Assembly: GCF_050920415.1 (NCBI RefSeq) | Contig: NZ_CP169309.1 | Length of the DNA: 64,000 bases | Reading direction: 5' to 3' (one strand) | Source of the DNA: Escherichia coli | Lineage (GTDB): Bacteria; Pseudomonadota; Gammaproteobacteria; Enterobacterales; Enterobacteriaceae | In this document: piece after piece, positions 51,369 through 61,179 of the stretch | How the letters are laid out: every line of letters starts with the position of its first letter | Numbering within the stretch: position 1 is the stretch's first letter | Translations under genes and position numbers: made by a program | Notes under the pieces: model-generated | Told to the model about the DNA's origin: nothing | The model's database searches: none | Seen by the model: the letters and a program-made list of their open reading frames with translations, nothing else

Positions 51369-51413
51369 TGATAACCTGTTCTGGATCAATAGATGGGCAG
51401 TCGGATGGGCTGG

Positions 51414-52001
51414 TCAGTTAACTGAATCGATCCATTGCACACTGTCGGCGGTGAGCGTAAAGGGAGTAGGGGTGCAGATCGCCAGACTTAAATTTTCAAG
51501 CTGACAATGGCTGACTGACAGCGAGGACTGATAGGTGCTGTCTACGCTGACGATTTGCCAGGCGCTGCCGCCACGTTGTTTAACGATGGCTTCTTTGCGT
51601 GTCCAGATGCGCCAGAACATTTCCAGTTGCTGATCTGGATGCACGGCGTCCATCTCGGCATGTTCTCCGAGGCTGAACACTGCGTTCGCCAGCCAGCGCC
51701 AGTTGGCACGCGGGCGAATCACTTCGATATCGCAGCCGACTTCGCCTTCATCGCTCAACAGTAGGGCAATATCGTCACCGCTATGGCTTAAGTTGAACCA
51801 TAGCGGCGTTTCCGATGCGAATGCGGGTTTGCCTTGTTCACCGTAGATGATGTCCGGTAGTGGAGAAAGCGTGTGTGAAAGCAATGCACGCCCCGCCAGC
51901 CAGCGTTCGCGCCGTGGGCCTTGCGGTGCTTTATCGCGTAAAGCCGGTGGCAGTGGAGCTGCGCTTAAGGTCGAAACTTTCCCCAGAACTATCCGATACA
52001 T
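51414..52001 (-). CDS. acpT: Holo-ACP synthase / 4'-phosphopantetheinyl transferase AcpT, 195 aa
   Basis: ORF track 195 aa; recognised. Confidence 0.93.
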   Translation of the reverse strand: MYRIVLGKVSTLSAAPLPPALRDKAPQGPRRERWLAGRALLSHTLSPLPDIIYGEQGKPAFASETPLWFNLSHSGDDIALLLSDEGEVGCDIEVIRPRANWRWLANAVFSLGEHAEMDAVHPDQQLEMFWRIWTRKEAIVKQRGGSAWQIVSVDSTYQSSLSVSHCQLENLSLAICTPTPFTLTADSVQWIDSVN

Positions 52002-52055
52002 ATCAGGGCCAACGTTTAATGGAAAATGAAAGTGCGTATCGTATCACTTGTCGCC

Positions 52056-53105
52056 TCATCCCGGTAACCGACTTTTCGGTCTGCCCGGCCCCAGTAAGAT
52101 CGCCAGTTTGCTACCGCCTTTGGTGGTTTCCATCCAGATTTTACACACGCTGGTTAATGGTACCGAAAGTAGCATCCCTACCGGGCCGAGCAGCCATCCC
52201 CAAATTAACAATGAAAGAAATACCACCATGGTGGACATCCCCAGGCGATGGCCCATCATCCGTGGTTCTAAAATATTGCCGATGACCATATGGACCACTA
52301 AAAACAATGCGCCGACCAGAATACATTCGTAAACGCCATTAAACAGCAGCACCTGAATCATTGGCGGTACGGCGGAAATTACCGCGCCGATATTGGGGAC
52401 GTAGTTAAGCAAAAACGCCAGTACCGCCCACATCAGCGCAAACTGTACGCCCATAAGTTCCAGCCCCAGCCAGACGATAATGCCTGTCCATAAACTTAGC
52501 AGTGTTTTCAATGCCAGATAGTGCGAAACACCTTTTAAGGCGCGGTGTAGCCCGGCGATGTGAATCTGTGGATTATTCAACGCAAAACGCATTTTGTAGG
52601 GGACGTGGCGTACTTCAAACAGCATGAAAACTACGGTCATCACCAGCAAAAGTACGCTCGCCATTGCCCCGGAAAGCCCGGTCATTAGCGCCGTGGTGAA
52701 GGTAACCACTTTTTCCGAGTCCATCCGCTGCAGCATTCGCTCCGGCGACATATGCAAATTAAGAAAAGGCAACATCTCCTGCAATTTAAAAAGTTTGCGC
52801 GTCAGCTCCTTATTAAACTTCGGCAGCATAGAGATAAATTCGTTAAACGATGCCGCCAGTACGCCGACCAGCGCGGTTAGTGCGATCAGCATCACCACCA
52901 CCACAATCGTAATGGCAACGGGGCGTTGTACTCCGCGACGAATAAACCAGGTGACGAGCGGGTTGAGGACGATGGCAAAAAACAGCGCCAGTAACAGTTG
53001 CACAATGATATCTGCCGCTGCGTGAATGCCCGCGAGGATCACTACCAGCGAGGCCAGTTTAAGCAGAATGTGCATGCCCGTTTTATCGGGTTGAGGGGTT
53101 TCCAT
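52056..53105 (-). CDS. yhhT: AI-2E-family transporter YhhT, 349 aa
   Basis: Recognised from METPQPDKTGMHILLKLASL; track ORF extends 27 codons upstream. Confidence 0.88.
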   Translation of the reverse strand: METPQPDKTGMHILLKLASLVVILAGIHAAADIIVQLLLALFFAIVLNPLVTWFIRRGVQRPVAITIVVVVMLIALTALVGVLAASFNEFISMLPKFNKELTRKLFKLQEMLPFLNLHMSPERMLQRMDSEKVVTFTTALMTGLSGAMASVLLLVMTVVFMLFEVRHVPYKMRFALNNPQIHIAGLHRALKGVSHYLALKTLLSLWTGIIVWLGLELMGVQFALMWAVLAFLLNYVPNIGAVISAVPPMIQVLLFNGVYECILVGALFLVVHMVIGNILEPRMMGHRLGMSTMVVFLSLLIWGWLLGPVGMLLSVPLTSVCKIWMETTKGGSKLAILLGPGRPKSRLPG

Positions 53106-53236
53106 TGGGGCTTCCTTGTGACTTTTTGTATTAAGTGTAGCGGGAGTCACGCCAGCAATATTCTGATTCTTACTGCTGATTTTCACGTCAGCACGTGGTA
53201 AAAATGAAACACTGTTGTAAAAATGTGGTGATCCTC

Positions 53237-54454
53237 ATGCCCGAACCCGTAGCCGAACCCGCGCTAAACGGATTGCGCCTGAATTTGCGCATTGTCTCCA
53301 TTGTCATGTTTAACTTCGCCAGCTACCTCACCATCGGGTTGCCGCTCGCTGTATTACCGGGCTATGTCCATGATGTGATGGGCTTTAGCGCTTTCTGGGC
53401 AGGATTGGTTATCAGCCTGCAATATTTCGCCACCTTGCTGAGCCGCCCTCATGCCGGACGTTACGCCGATTTGCTGGGACCCAAAAAGATTGTCGTCTTC
53501 GGTTTATGCGGCTGCTTTTTGAGCGGTTTGGGGTATCTGACGGCAGGATTAACCGCCAGTCTGCCCGTCATCAGCCTGTTATTACTGTGCCTGGGGCGCG
53601 TGATCCTTGGGATTGGGCAAAGTTTTGCCGGAACGGGATCGACCCTATGGGGCGTTGGCGTGGTTGGTTCGCTGCATATCGGGCGGGTGATTTCGTGGAA
53701 CGGCATTGTCACTTACGGGGCGATGGCGATGGGTGCGCCGTTAGGTGTCGTGTTTTATCACTGGGGCGGCTTGCAGGCGTTAGCGTTAATCATTATGGGT
53801 GTGGCGCTGGTGGCCATTTTGTTAGCGATCCCGCGTCCGACGGTAAAAGCCAGTAAAGGCAAACCACTGCCGTTTCGCGCGGTGCTTGGGCGCGTCTGGT
53901 TATACGGCATGGCGCTGGCGTTGGCTTCTGCCGGATTTGGCGTTATCGCCACCTTTATCACATTGTTTTATGACGCTAAAGGCTGGGACGGTGCGGCTTT
54001 TGCGCTGACGCTGTTTAGCTGTGCATTTGTTGGAACGCGATTGTTATTCCCTAACGGCATAAATCGTATCGGCGGCTTAAATGTGGCGATGATTTGCTTT
54101 AGCGTTGAGATAATCGGCCTGCTACTGGTTGGCGTGGCGACTATGCCGTGGATGGCGAAAATCGGCGTCTTACTCGCGGGGGCGGGGTTTTCGCTGGTGT
54201 TCCCGGCATTGGGCGTAGTGGCGGTAAAAGCGGTTCCGCAGCAAAATCAGGGGGCGGCGCTGGCAACTTACACCGTATTTATGGATTTATCGCTTGGCGT
54301 GACCGGACCACTGGCTGGGCTGGTGATGAGTTGGGCGGGCGTCCCGGTGATTTATCTGGCGGCGGCGGGACTGGTCGCAATCGCGTTATTACTGACGTGG
54401 CGATTAAAAAAACGGCCTCCGGTGGAAGTACCTGAGGCCATCTCATCATCTTAA
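53237..54454 (+). CDS. yhhS: MFS transporter YhhS, 405 aa
   Basis: Recognised from MPEPVAEPALNGLRLNLRIV; track ORF begins 14 codons upstream. Confidence 0.9.
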   Translation: MPEPVAEPALNGLRLNLRIVSIVMFNFASYLTIGLPLAVLPGYVHDVMGFSAFWAGLVISLQYFATLLSRPHAGRYADLLGPKKIVVFGLCGCFLSGLGYLTAGLTASLPVISLLLLCLGRVILGIGQSFAGTGSTLWGVGVVGSLHIGRVISWNGIVTYGAMAMGAPLGVVFYHWGGLQALALIIMGVALVAILLAIPRPTVKASKGKPLPFRAVLGRVWLYGMALALASAGFGVIATFITLFYDAKGWDGAAFALTLFSCAFVGTRLLFPNGINRIGGLNVAMICFSVEIIGLLLVGVATMPWMAKIGVLLAGAGFSLVFPALGVVAVKAVPQQNQGAALATYTVFMDLSLGVTGPLAGLVMSWAGVPVIYLAAAGLVAIALLLTWRLKKRPPVEVPEAISSS

Positions 54455-54457
54455 AAC

Positions 54458-55015
54458 TTACTGAATAACCAGCGTATTAATGATGTTTTCTGCGGTGGTC
54501 TGTGCTTTTTGCTGATCGTCAGCTGGCAGCGTAATTTGCATGGTCAGCAGTTGATTACCCACATTACCCAGAATAACGGAAGAGTACGCCGTCTGGCCTT
54601 TCGCGGAGATAATGCTGTCTAACTGCTGCATTTTGTGACCTTTCAGCTCAATGGCTTTATTGGTTACCACTTGCAGCTGCGGATCGCGGCTACGTTGCTG
54701 ATCTTCCAGGCGCTTCGCCAGCACCGCCAGATCTTCTTTCGGATCATCGCCCATGATGACGATGACTGCTTTTTGCCCGGTGGCGTCGGACCAGACATGC
54801 ATGTTATTAGCCTGCGTTCCCAGCTTACCGCTCTGGTCGGTCATATCCGCTGGCAGCGAGAAACTTAACTTGCCATCAAGCAGGTTGACGGGATTCCCGG
54901 TAGCGTTACTTTCCGCGACCGAACCCTGCGCCGTAGCGTTAGTGTCTTTATCATCACAGGCCGCAAGCCCCATAACCAGCAGGCCAATTCCGACATATTT
55001 AACCAGATTGCGCAT
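54458..55015 (-). CDS. dcrB: Periplasmic lipoprotein DcrB, 185 aa
   Basis: Recognised from [20 protein letters not shown] (lipobox); track ORF extends upstream. Confidence 0.9.
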
Positions 55016-55087
55016 TGACTTCTTCCTTTCGATAAACGGCCATAACGGCTCATTCATCCATCTTATCACAACTCTGATAACGAACCT

Positions 55088-55753
55088 TTAACTCGCCTGC
55101 AAAGCGTTGATTTCGGATTTATCTGCCAGTCTTTTCAACAGCATATTGAGTAATACGCCATACATTGGCAGGAAGAAAACGATACTGATTAACACTTTGA
55201 AACAGTAATCGACCAGCGCGATTTCCATCCAGTGTTCGGCCATAAAGGCATCTGGGCTGCGCCAGAAGGCAATGAAGAAGAAGGCCAGCGTGTCGCTGAC
55301 GTTACCAAACAGGGTGGAAGCCGTCGGTGCCAGCCACCAGCGACGACTCTGACGCAGGCGGTTAAAAACGTGCACGTCGAGGATTTGCCCCAGCGCGTAG
55401 GCCATGAAACTGGCGGTGGCGATACGGGCGACAAACAGGTTGAAGTGGGCGAGCGCGCCGAATCCCTGCCAGGAACCCATATAGAACAGCGACGAGATGA
55501 CGTAGGAGATCAGTAACGCCGGGATCATCACCGCAAAGATGATACGACGGGCCAGCGGTGCGCCAAAAATACGCACAGTCAGGTCGGTAGCAAGGAAAAT
55601 AAACGGAAAGCTAAACGCGCCCCAGGTGGTATGGAAACCAAAAATGGATACGGGAAGCTGAACCAGATAGTTACTGGAGGTGATCACCAACAGATGAAAT
55701 AACGATAACCAGAACAACGCCTTATAGCGTTGAGTTTGCGAGAAAACGTTCAT
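55088..55753 (-). CDS. yhhQ: Queuosine-precursor transporter YhhQ, 221 aa
   Basis: ORF track 221 aa; recognised. Confidence 0.93.
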   Translation of the reverse strand: MNVFSQTQRYKALFWLSLFHLLVITSSNYLVQLPVSIFGFHTTWGAFSFPFIFLATDLTVRIFGAPLARRIIFAVMIPALLISYVISSLFYMGSWQGFGALAHFNLFVARIATASFMAYALGQILDVHVFNRLRQSRRWWLAPTASTLFGNVSDTLAFFFIAFWRSPDAFMAEHWMEIALVDYCFKVLISIVFFLPMYGVLLNMLLKRLADKSEINALQAS

Positions 55754-55973
55754 ATTGTACCTTTTTGATTAACCATTGGGGTGAGGGAACCCAATACGTA
55801 CGACACGTCTGTTACCTTAACATAATAACGTGCTGACCCTTTTTTCGAGCCGCCGCATGATACTGCTTTACGTTGACAATGCAATGGTTAATTTTCACGC
55901 AATCGTTAACCTGGTTTGCTTACGGACTCACAGGGCGTAAACTAGCGCCGTTTTTTTATGTGATGAGAAGAAA

Positions 55974-56219
55974 ATGACCGATCTCTTTTCCAGCCCTGAC
56001 CACACACTCGACGCACTTGGCCTGCGCTGCCCGGAACCAGTAATGATGGTGCGCAAAACTGTGCGCAATATGCAGCCAGGTGAAACGTTGCTGATTATTG
56101 CTGACGATCCGGCGACGACACGCGATATTCCTGGGTTTTGTACCTTTATGGAACACGAACTGGTTGCGAAAGAGACCGATGGACTGCCTTATCGTTATTT
56201 GATTCGCAAATCGGGGTAA
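55974..56219 (+). CDS. tusA: Sulfur carrier protein TusA, 81 aa
   Basis: ORF track 81 aa; CPEP active-site motif. Confidence 0.96.
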
Positions 56220-56273
56220 GGTGGATCAGGCTAGCGGACCGATCGCGCTCAATTTTGCGGCTTGCAACCGGTT

Positions 56274-56410
56274 TGTAGGACGGATAAAACGTTCAAGCTG
56301 CATCTGGCGATACGGTGCACAATGCCTGATGCGACGCTGTCGCGTCTTATCATGCCTACGAGTTCGATGCCCTGTGTAGGCCAGATAAGGCGTTTACGCC
56401 GCATCCGGCA
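56274..56410. repeat. Cluster of three REP elements (BIME) between tusA and zntA
   Basis: gtaggacggataaaacg..., gcctgatgcgacgctgtcgcgtcttatcatgcctac, gtaggccagataaggcgtttacgccgcatccggca. Confidence 0.7.
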
Positions 56411-56433
56411 CGCAAACGTAATGGAATGCACAA

Positions 56434-56742
56434 ATGGATTATTTAATTCCAGTTTGTCTGGTATTGCTGGGATTGCTCGCGATCTTCACCCCCAATTGGC
56501 TGATCCCTGTTTTTATCGTCGTGGGGGGATGGCTGGGGGTACTTGCCTGGGGTTGGCTCTGGCTAATGATTTTTTTACCTTTACTTAACGGTGTCGGGCT
56601 TGCTTATGCCCTGTGGTTGATGTTCAAAAGGCCATCCATAGCATCCCGCTTGGTTGCTGCATGCTGTGTTATCTCCGTCATTCTGATGTTAGCGCTTTAT
56701 TATGCTTTCCTGACTATGCCGCCGTTCCCGCCTCAGCACTAA
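56434..56742 (+). CDS. Hypothetical small membrane protein, 102 aa (candidate; unverified)
   Basis: ORF with three hydrophobic segments, Trp-rich; weak RBS; between the REP cluster and the zntA 3' end. Confidence 0.3.
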   Translation: MDYLIPVCLVLLGLLAIFTPNWLIPVFIVVGGWLGVLAWGWLWLMIFLPLLNGVGLAYALWLMFKRPSIASRLVAACCVISVILMLALYYAFLTMPPFPPQH

Positions 56743-56774
56743 GCCTGATAGCCAGAGGCTATCAGGCAACACTT

Positions 56775-58973
56775 TTACTTCCTGCGCAACAATCTTAACG
56801 CATTCGCTGTCACCAGCACCGTCGCACCCGTATCTGCCAGCACCGCCAGCCATAGTCCGGTCATCCCTAACAGCGTTGTGACGAGGAAGATCCCTTTCAG
56901 CCCCAGCGCAATGGTGATGTTCTGGCGGATATTGGCGTGAGTGGCGCGTGCCAGTTCAATCATCTGCGCCAGGCCGCGCAGGTGGTTATGGGTTAATGCT
57001 GCGTCGGCGGTTTCCAGCGCCACATCTGTGCCACTGCCCATTGCAATCCCTATGGCGGCAGCTTTCATGGCGGGCGCGTCGTTAATACCGTCACCGACCA
57101 TCGCCAGAGGCGCATGTTGATTCAGCTCGGTCACCGCTTTGACTTTATCTTCTGGTAATAGGCCCGCTTTAAATTCCAGCCCCAGTTCACCGGCGATTGC
57201 CGCCGCTGCGCGTGGATTATCGCCAGTGAGGATCACTCCTTTGACGCCCAGGGCGCTCAGTTCGCTGATGGCAGTTGCGGCGTCGGCGCGCAGGGTATCC
57301 TGCAATGCAATGACACCCAGCACTTCATCGTTACGCACCACCAGTACTACCGTTTGCCCGGCGCTTTCCAGTTCGTTAATTAAACCAGCAAATGCAACAA
57401 CCGGATGTTTTCCGGCAGCGCATATCAACACGCGCTCGCCGTTAATCAGTGCTTCAATACCAGACCCGACCAGCGCCCGCTGTGATTCGGCGGCAGGAAT
57501 GGTTAGCGCAGCGACCTGTGCTTCACGCACAATGGCCTGCGCCAGTGGATGCGTCGCGCCTTGTTCTACCGCCGCTGCCAGCGACAGCAGTTCAGATTCA
57601 CTAATCCCCGTTGCCGGATGAATCGCGGTAACGCGCGGTTTACCGACGGTCAGCGTACCGGTTTTATCAAACGCCACCTGGGTAACACGACCTAGTTGTT
57701 CCAGCGCCGCACCGCCTTTAATCAACGCCCCACGACGCGCTGCTGCCGCCAGCCCGGAGGTAATCGCCGCAGGTGTTGAGATCACCAGCGCACACGGGCA
57801 GCCAATCAGCAGCAGCGTCAGCCCTTTATAAATCCACTCTTGCCAGCTGGCGGCAAACAGCAGCGGCGGCACCAGAGTTACCAGCAGAGCGACCGCCATA
57901 ATCGCTGGCGTGTAAATACGGCTGAAACGGTCGATAAACCGCTCAATCGGCGCGCGGCGCTCTTCGGCTTCTTCGATCAGTTTCAGAATGCGGTCAATGG
58001 CGCTGGCACCCGGTTCTGACAACACTTCCAGGGTAACCAGACGGTCTACGCTGGTGGCGCCTGCAGGAACTTTATCACCCGTCGCGCGCTCCACCGGAAT
58101 GGATTCGCCGGTCAGGGCGCTTTCATCAAAACTGGCAAAGGGCGAGAGCAGTTTACCGTCGGCAGGTAAACGCCCACCTGCCGCAACTTCGATAACATCG
58201 CCCGGACGCAGGCTGTTAATTGCTACCTCTTCACGCTTGCCATTACGCAGGCGCGTGGCGGTTTCCGGTTTCAGCGCCATTAACGCGCTGACCCCTTGAC
58301 GTGCGCGGCTGGCGGCCCAGCCTTCCAGTCGTTCACCAATCAAAAATAGCAGCAACACCATCGCAGCTTCGGCGGTTGCGCCAATAAACAGCGCGCCAAT
58401 GGCGGCTACGCTCATTAACGTTTCAATGGCGAAGTAGCTGCCAGATTTGATCAGTCGTAATGCCTGGCGCGCAATCGGGTACAGCCCAACCAGCGTGGTC
58501 GCGATAAACGCCAGTTGCCCGAACGGATGATTAAACTGCTCCAGACCCCAGCTGATTGCCATCAACACGATTAGCGTAATCAGCGGCAGATTCTCTTTCA
58601 GGCGTGATTCTTGTTGTTCGTCGGCGGACTGTTCATCGCGCAGGGAATAGCCCGCTTTTTGCACCGCAGATTCAACCTGGGCACGGATGTCATTGTCGGC
58701 ATCCACCACCAGTTTTTCGGTGGCGAACAACACCTGCACCTGATTCACGCCTGCAAGCTGGCGCACGGCATTTTCTACCTTGCGCGCACAGGCGGCGCAG
58801 TCCATGCCGCTGACTTTCCAGCTATAGCGGGTGCCGGAGACGTTTTCAGAGAGCGTTGGCGTGCTGGAACATGCGCCGTCGCAGCAACAGTCGTTGGCGT
58901 TCTGAACCGTGGTTAGCGGTTTGAACGCGGCAAATTGAGGGGCTTTCTTGCCGTGATTGTCAGGAGTCGACAT
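56775..58973 (-). CDS. zntA: Zn/Cd/Pb-exporting P-type ATPase ZntA, 732 aa
   Basis: ORF track 732 aa; CPC and DKTGT motifs, N-terminal GMDCAAC metal-binding motif. Confidence 0.96.
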   Translation of the reverse strand: MSTPDNHGKKAPQFAAFKPLTTVQNANDCCCDGACSSTPTLSENVSGTRYSWKVSGMDCAACARKVENAVRQLAGVNQVQVLFATEKLVVDADNDIRAQVESAVQKAGYSLRDEQSADEQQESRLKENLPLITLIVLMAISWGLEQFNHPFGQLAFIATTLVGLYPIARQALRLIKSGSYFAIETLMSVAAIGALFIGATAEAAMVLLLFLIGERLEGWAASRARQGVSALMALKPETATRLRNGKREEVAINSLRPGDVIEVAAGGRLPADGKLLSPFASFDESALTGESIPVERATGDKVPAGATSVDRLVTLEVLSEPGASAIDRILKLIEEAEERRAPIERFIDRFSRIYTPAIMAVALLVTLVPPLLFAASWQEWIYKGLTLLLIGCPCALVISTPAAITSGLAAAARRGALIKGGAALEQLGRVTQVAFDKTGTLTVGKPRVTAIHPATGISESELLSLAAAVEQGATHPLAQAIVREAQVAALTIPAAESQRALVGSGIEALINGERVLICAAGKHPVVAFAGLINELESAGQTVVLVVRNDEVLGVIALQDTLRADAATAISELSALGVKGVILTGDNPRAAAAIAGELGLEFKAGLLPEDKVKAVTELNQHAPLAMVGDGINDAPAMKAAAIGIAMGSGTDVALETADAALTHNHLRGLAQMIELARATHANIRQNITIALGLKGIFLVTTLLGMTGLWLAVLADTGATVLVTANALRLLRRK

Positions 58974-59007
58974 GGCATCCTCCGGTTAAGTTTTTCTCAT
59001 TAACCGA

Positions 59008-59039
59008 AGGATACACTCTGGAGTCGACTCCAGAGTCAA
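59008..59039 (-). promoter_or_regulatory. zntA promoter with ZntR (MerR-type) operator: -35 TTGACT, 20-bp spacer, -10 TATCCT
   Basis: Minus strand cTTGACTctggagtcgactccagagtgTATCCT; palindrome actctggagtcgactccagagt in the 20-bp spacer. Confidence 0.8.
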
Positions 59040-59045
59040 GTTTTA

Positions 59046-59672
59046 TCAGAGATACAGCGAGCGGACGATGAGGAAGTGACCGGCAAAATAACAAGCGGCG
59101 GCAATCGCGTGGTCCGCACGGAAGCGTCGGCGATAGTGGCTACCCAGCCAGACAAAGTTACTGATAAACAGCAACGAAGCGCCGACAAATGCAGAAAGTG
59201 CCGGAGCGGTTGGACGGAAGAACCACAGTTCACCTGCCAGCCATACCATCACCAGCGTCATGCCGATAAACGTGCAGATAGGCCAACGATACTCTTCCAG
59301 ACGCGTCCAGATAATCGCCAGTAACAGCGCACCCAGCACCAGCAACACCAGCGGCAAAGGCCAGAAGAAAGAGAGCGTCATCTGGCTGGCGAAATAGATG
59401 GTGTACAGCAGGTGCGAGAGGAAAAATGCGCCGATGGCATACATCAGACGTTGACGTGGCAACAGGGTTAGCGCATCGCCCAGCAGTGAGGCGCACAATC
59501 CCGCCAGCACCAGATAGCTAATGGCGTCGAACATCGGCGCTTGCCAGGCCAGCAACAGCAGGAGAAGAAGGGTTAATGGTTTAAATACCCAGCGTTGCCA
59601 GGTTGGCCCACGATACGATGCATCCACAGATAGCCATGCGGAAAGACAGACAGCGATAAACGACCAAAGCAT
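59046..59672 (-). CDS. yhhN: Inner membrane protein YhhN, 208 aa
   Basis: ORF track 208 aa; recognised. Confidence 0.93.
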   Translation of the reverse strand: MLWSFIAVCLSAWLSVDASYRGPTWQRWVFKPLTLLLLLLLAWQAPMFDAISYLVLAGLCASLLGDALTLLPRQRLMYAIGAFFLSHLLYTIYFASQMTLSFFWPLPLVLLVLGALLLAIIWTRLEEYRWPICTFIGMTLVMVWLAGELWFFRPTAPALSAFVGASLLFISNFVWLGSHYRRRFRADHAIAAACYFAGHFLIVRSLYL

Positions 59673-59812
59673 CTTAGTTCCTTGAATTCGTTATTTTTTC
59701 GTAAGCGGAATGCCTACGGTCTTGCTTCCAGTTTAGTGGCGAGGGTGGACGGATGACAACACCATAACTGGCAGGGTATGCTTAATTCCGCATTTTCCGA
59801 TGAGGGATAAAG

Positions 59813-60172
59813 ATGAGCAAACCACCTCTTTTCTTTATTGTTATCATTGGCTTAATTATCGTCGCCGCATCGTTTCGTTTTATGCAACAACGACGGGAAA
59901 AAGCTGATAATGATATAGCGCCACTCCAGCAAAAGTTGGTGGTGGTGAGCAATAAGCGGGAAAAACCGATTAACGATCGCCGTTCGCGCCAGCAGGAAGT
60001 GACACCGGCAGGTACCAGCATGCGCTATGAGGCGAGCTTCAAACCGCAAAGCGGAGGAATGGAACAGACCTTTCGCCTCGACGCCCAGCAGTACCATGCC
60101 CTGACAGTGGGCGATAAAGGTACGCTGAGCTATAAAGGAACGCGCTTTGTCAGCTTTGTTGGCGAACAATAA
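59813..60172 (+). CDS. yhhM: YhhM (DUF2500), 119 aa
   Basis: ORF track 119 aa; recognised. Confidence 0.92.
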   Translation: MSKPPLFFIVIIGLIIVAASFRFMQQRREKADNDIAPLQQKLVVVSNKREKPINDRRSRQQEVTPAGTSMRYEASFKPQSGGMEQTFRLDAQQYHALTVGDKGTLSYKGTRFVSFVGEQ

Positions 60173-60174
60173 GG

Positions 60175-60444
60175 TTATTTTTTAACTTTAAATTTCTTCT
60201 GCCAGACCAGCAGTTCAAACACGCCGAAAAGGAAAATGCGCACCTTTTCGGCGGTGGTCATCTGCGGGCCATCTTTCGGCAAAGTGGATTTCAATAGCGC
60301 CAGCTGCATACCATGCATCAGCACGGTAAAAATCAGCGCCACGTTAACGAAAATATTCAGCGGACGCGGGAAGGGATGCACCAGGTTGAGGATTAAAAAT
60401 CCCCAAACGCAGAGCATTAACAAACGTCCAATATTAATCAACAT
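60175..60444 (-). CDS. yhhL: Small inner membrane protein YhhL (DUF1145), 89 aa
   Basis: Recognised from MLINIGRLLMLCVWGFLILN; overlaps rsmD 3' end by 11 nt; track ORF extends upstream in frame. Confidence 0.85.
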   Translation of the reverse strand: MLINIGRLLMLCVWGFLILNLVHPFPRPLNIFVNVALIFTVLMHGMQLALLKSTLPKDGPQMTTAEKVRIFLFGVFELLVWQKKFKVKK

Positions 60445-61030
60445 CACTTTCTCCTTGTGCTTCGCGTTGATACAGCCGATAAGCCACCTGACCCGCCACT
60501 TTTTCCCGATGTAATGACCAGTTCGCCGGAACAGTGGGCAGACCGTTTTCGACTTCGCTTTCGACATAAATCAGGGCTTCGTCAGCCAGCCAGCCGTTAT
60601 CTTCCAGTAAATTTATCGTCTCTTCTAACAAGCCACGGCGGAACGGTGGATCGACAAACACGATATTATGCGGTGTGCCTTTTTGCGCCAGGAATGACAT
60701 CGCGTTGCTGTTCACCACGCGTGCATTGCCTGCTTTTAGTGTCGCCAGATTCTTAATTAACTGCTGAGAAACCGCGCGATCCATCTCAATCAACGTGGCC
60801 CCCGCAGCGTAGCGCGATAACGCTTCCAGCCCCAGCGCGCCGCTCCCGGCGAAGCAATCCAGACATTGGGCATCAACAATGACCGGAGCCAGCCAGTTAA
60901 ACAACGTTTCGCGTACGCGGTCTGTGGTGGGGCGCAGACCTGGGCTATCAGGAACCGGGAGTTTACGGCCTCGCCACTGCCCGCCAATAATGCGGATTTG
61001 GCCGCTGCCGGAATGATTCGGTTTTTTCAT
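60434..61030 (-). CDS. rsmD: 16S rRNA m2G966 methyltransferase RsmD (YhhF), 198 aa
   Basis: ORF track 198 aa; DPPF motif. Confidence 0.95.
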   Translation of the reverse strand: MKKPNHSGSGQIRIIGGQWRGRKLPVPDSPGLRPTTDRVRETLFNWLAPVIVDAQCLDCFAGSGALGLEALSRYAAGATLIEMDRAVSQQLIKNLATLKAGNARVVNSNAMSFLAQKGTPHNIVFVDPPFRRGLLEETINLLEDNGWLADEALIYVESEVENGLPTVPANWSLHREKVAGQVAYRLYQREAQGESDVD

Positions 61031-61179
61031 GATAAATTGCTCAATCCGCCATATAACACATACTTGCAGGCGGTGATGTGAATTAAGTTAAGTGATAGAC
61101 TATTTCATCATTTTTTTAGCTGCTATGTACATAGCGTTAACGCTGTGCCATGAAGCAACAGCGAGGAGTGTAGTCGCAA

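Noticed and set aside
55754-55973. Possible preQ1 riboswitch in the yhhQ leader
   Set aside because: No recognisable preQ1-I or preQ1-II aptamer core; region looks like ordinary divergent promoter DNA
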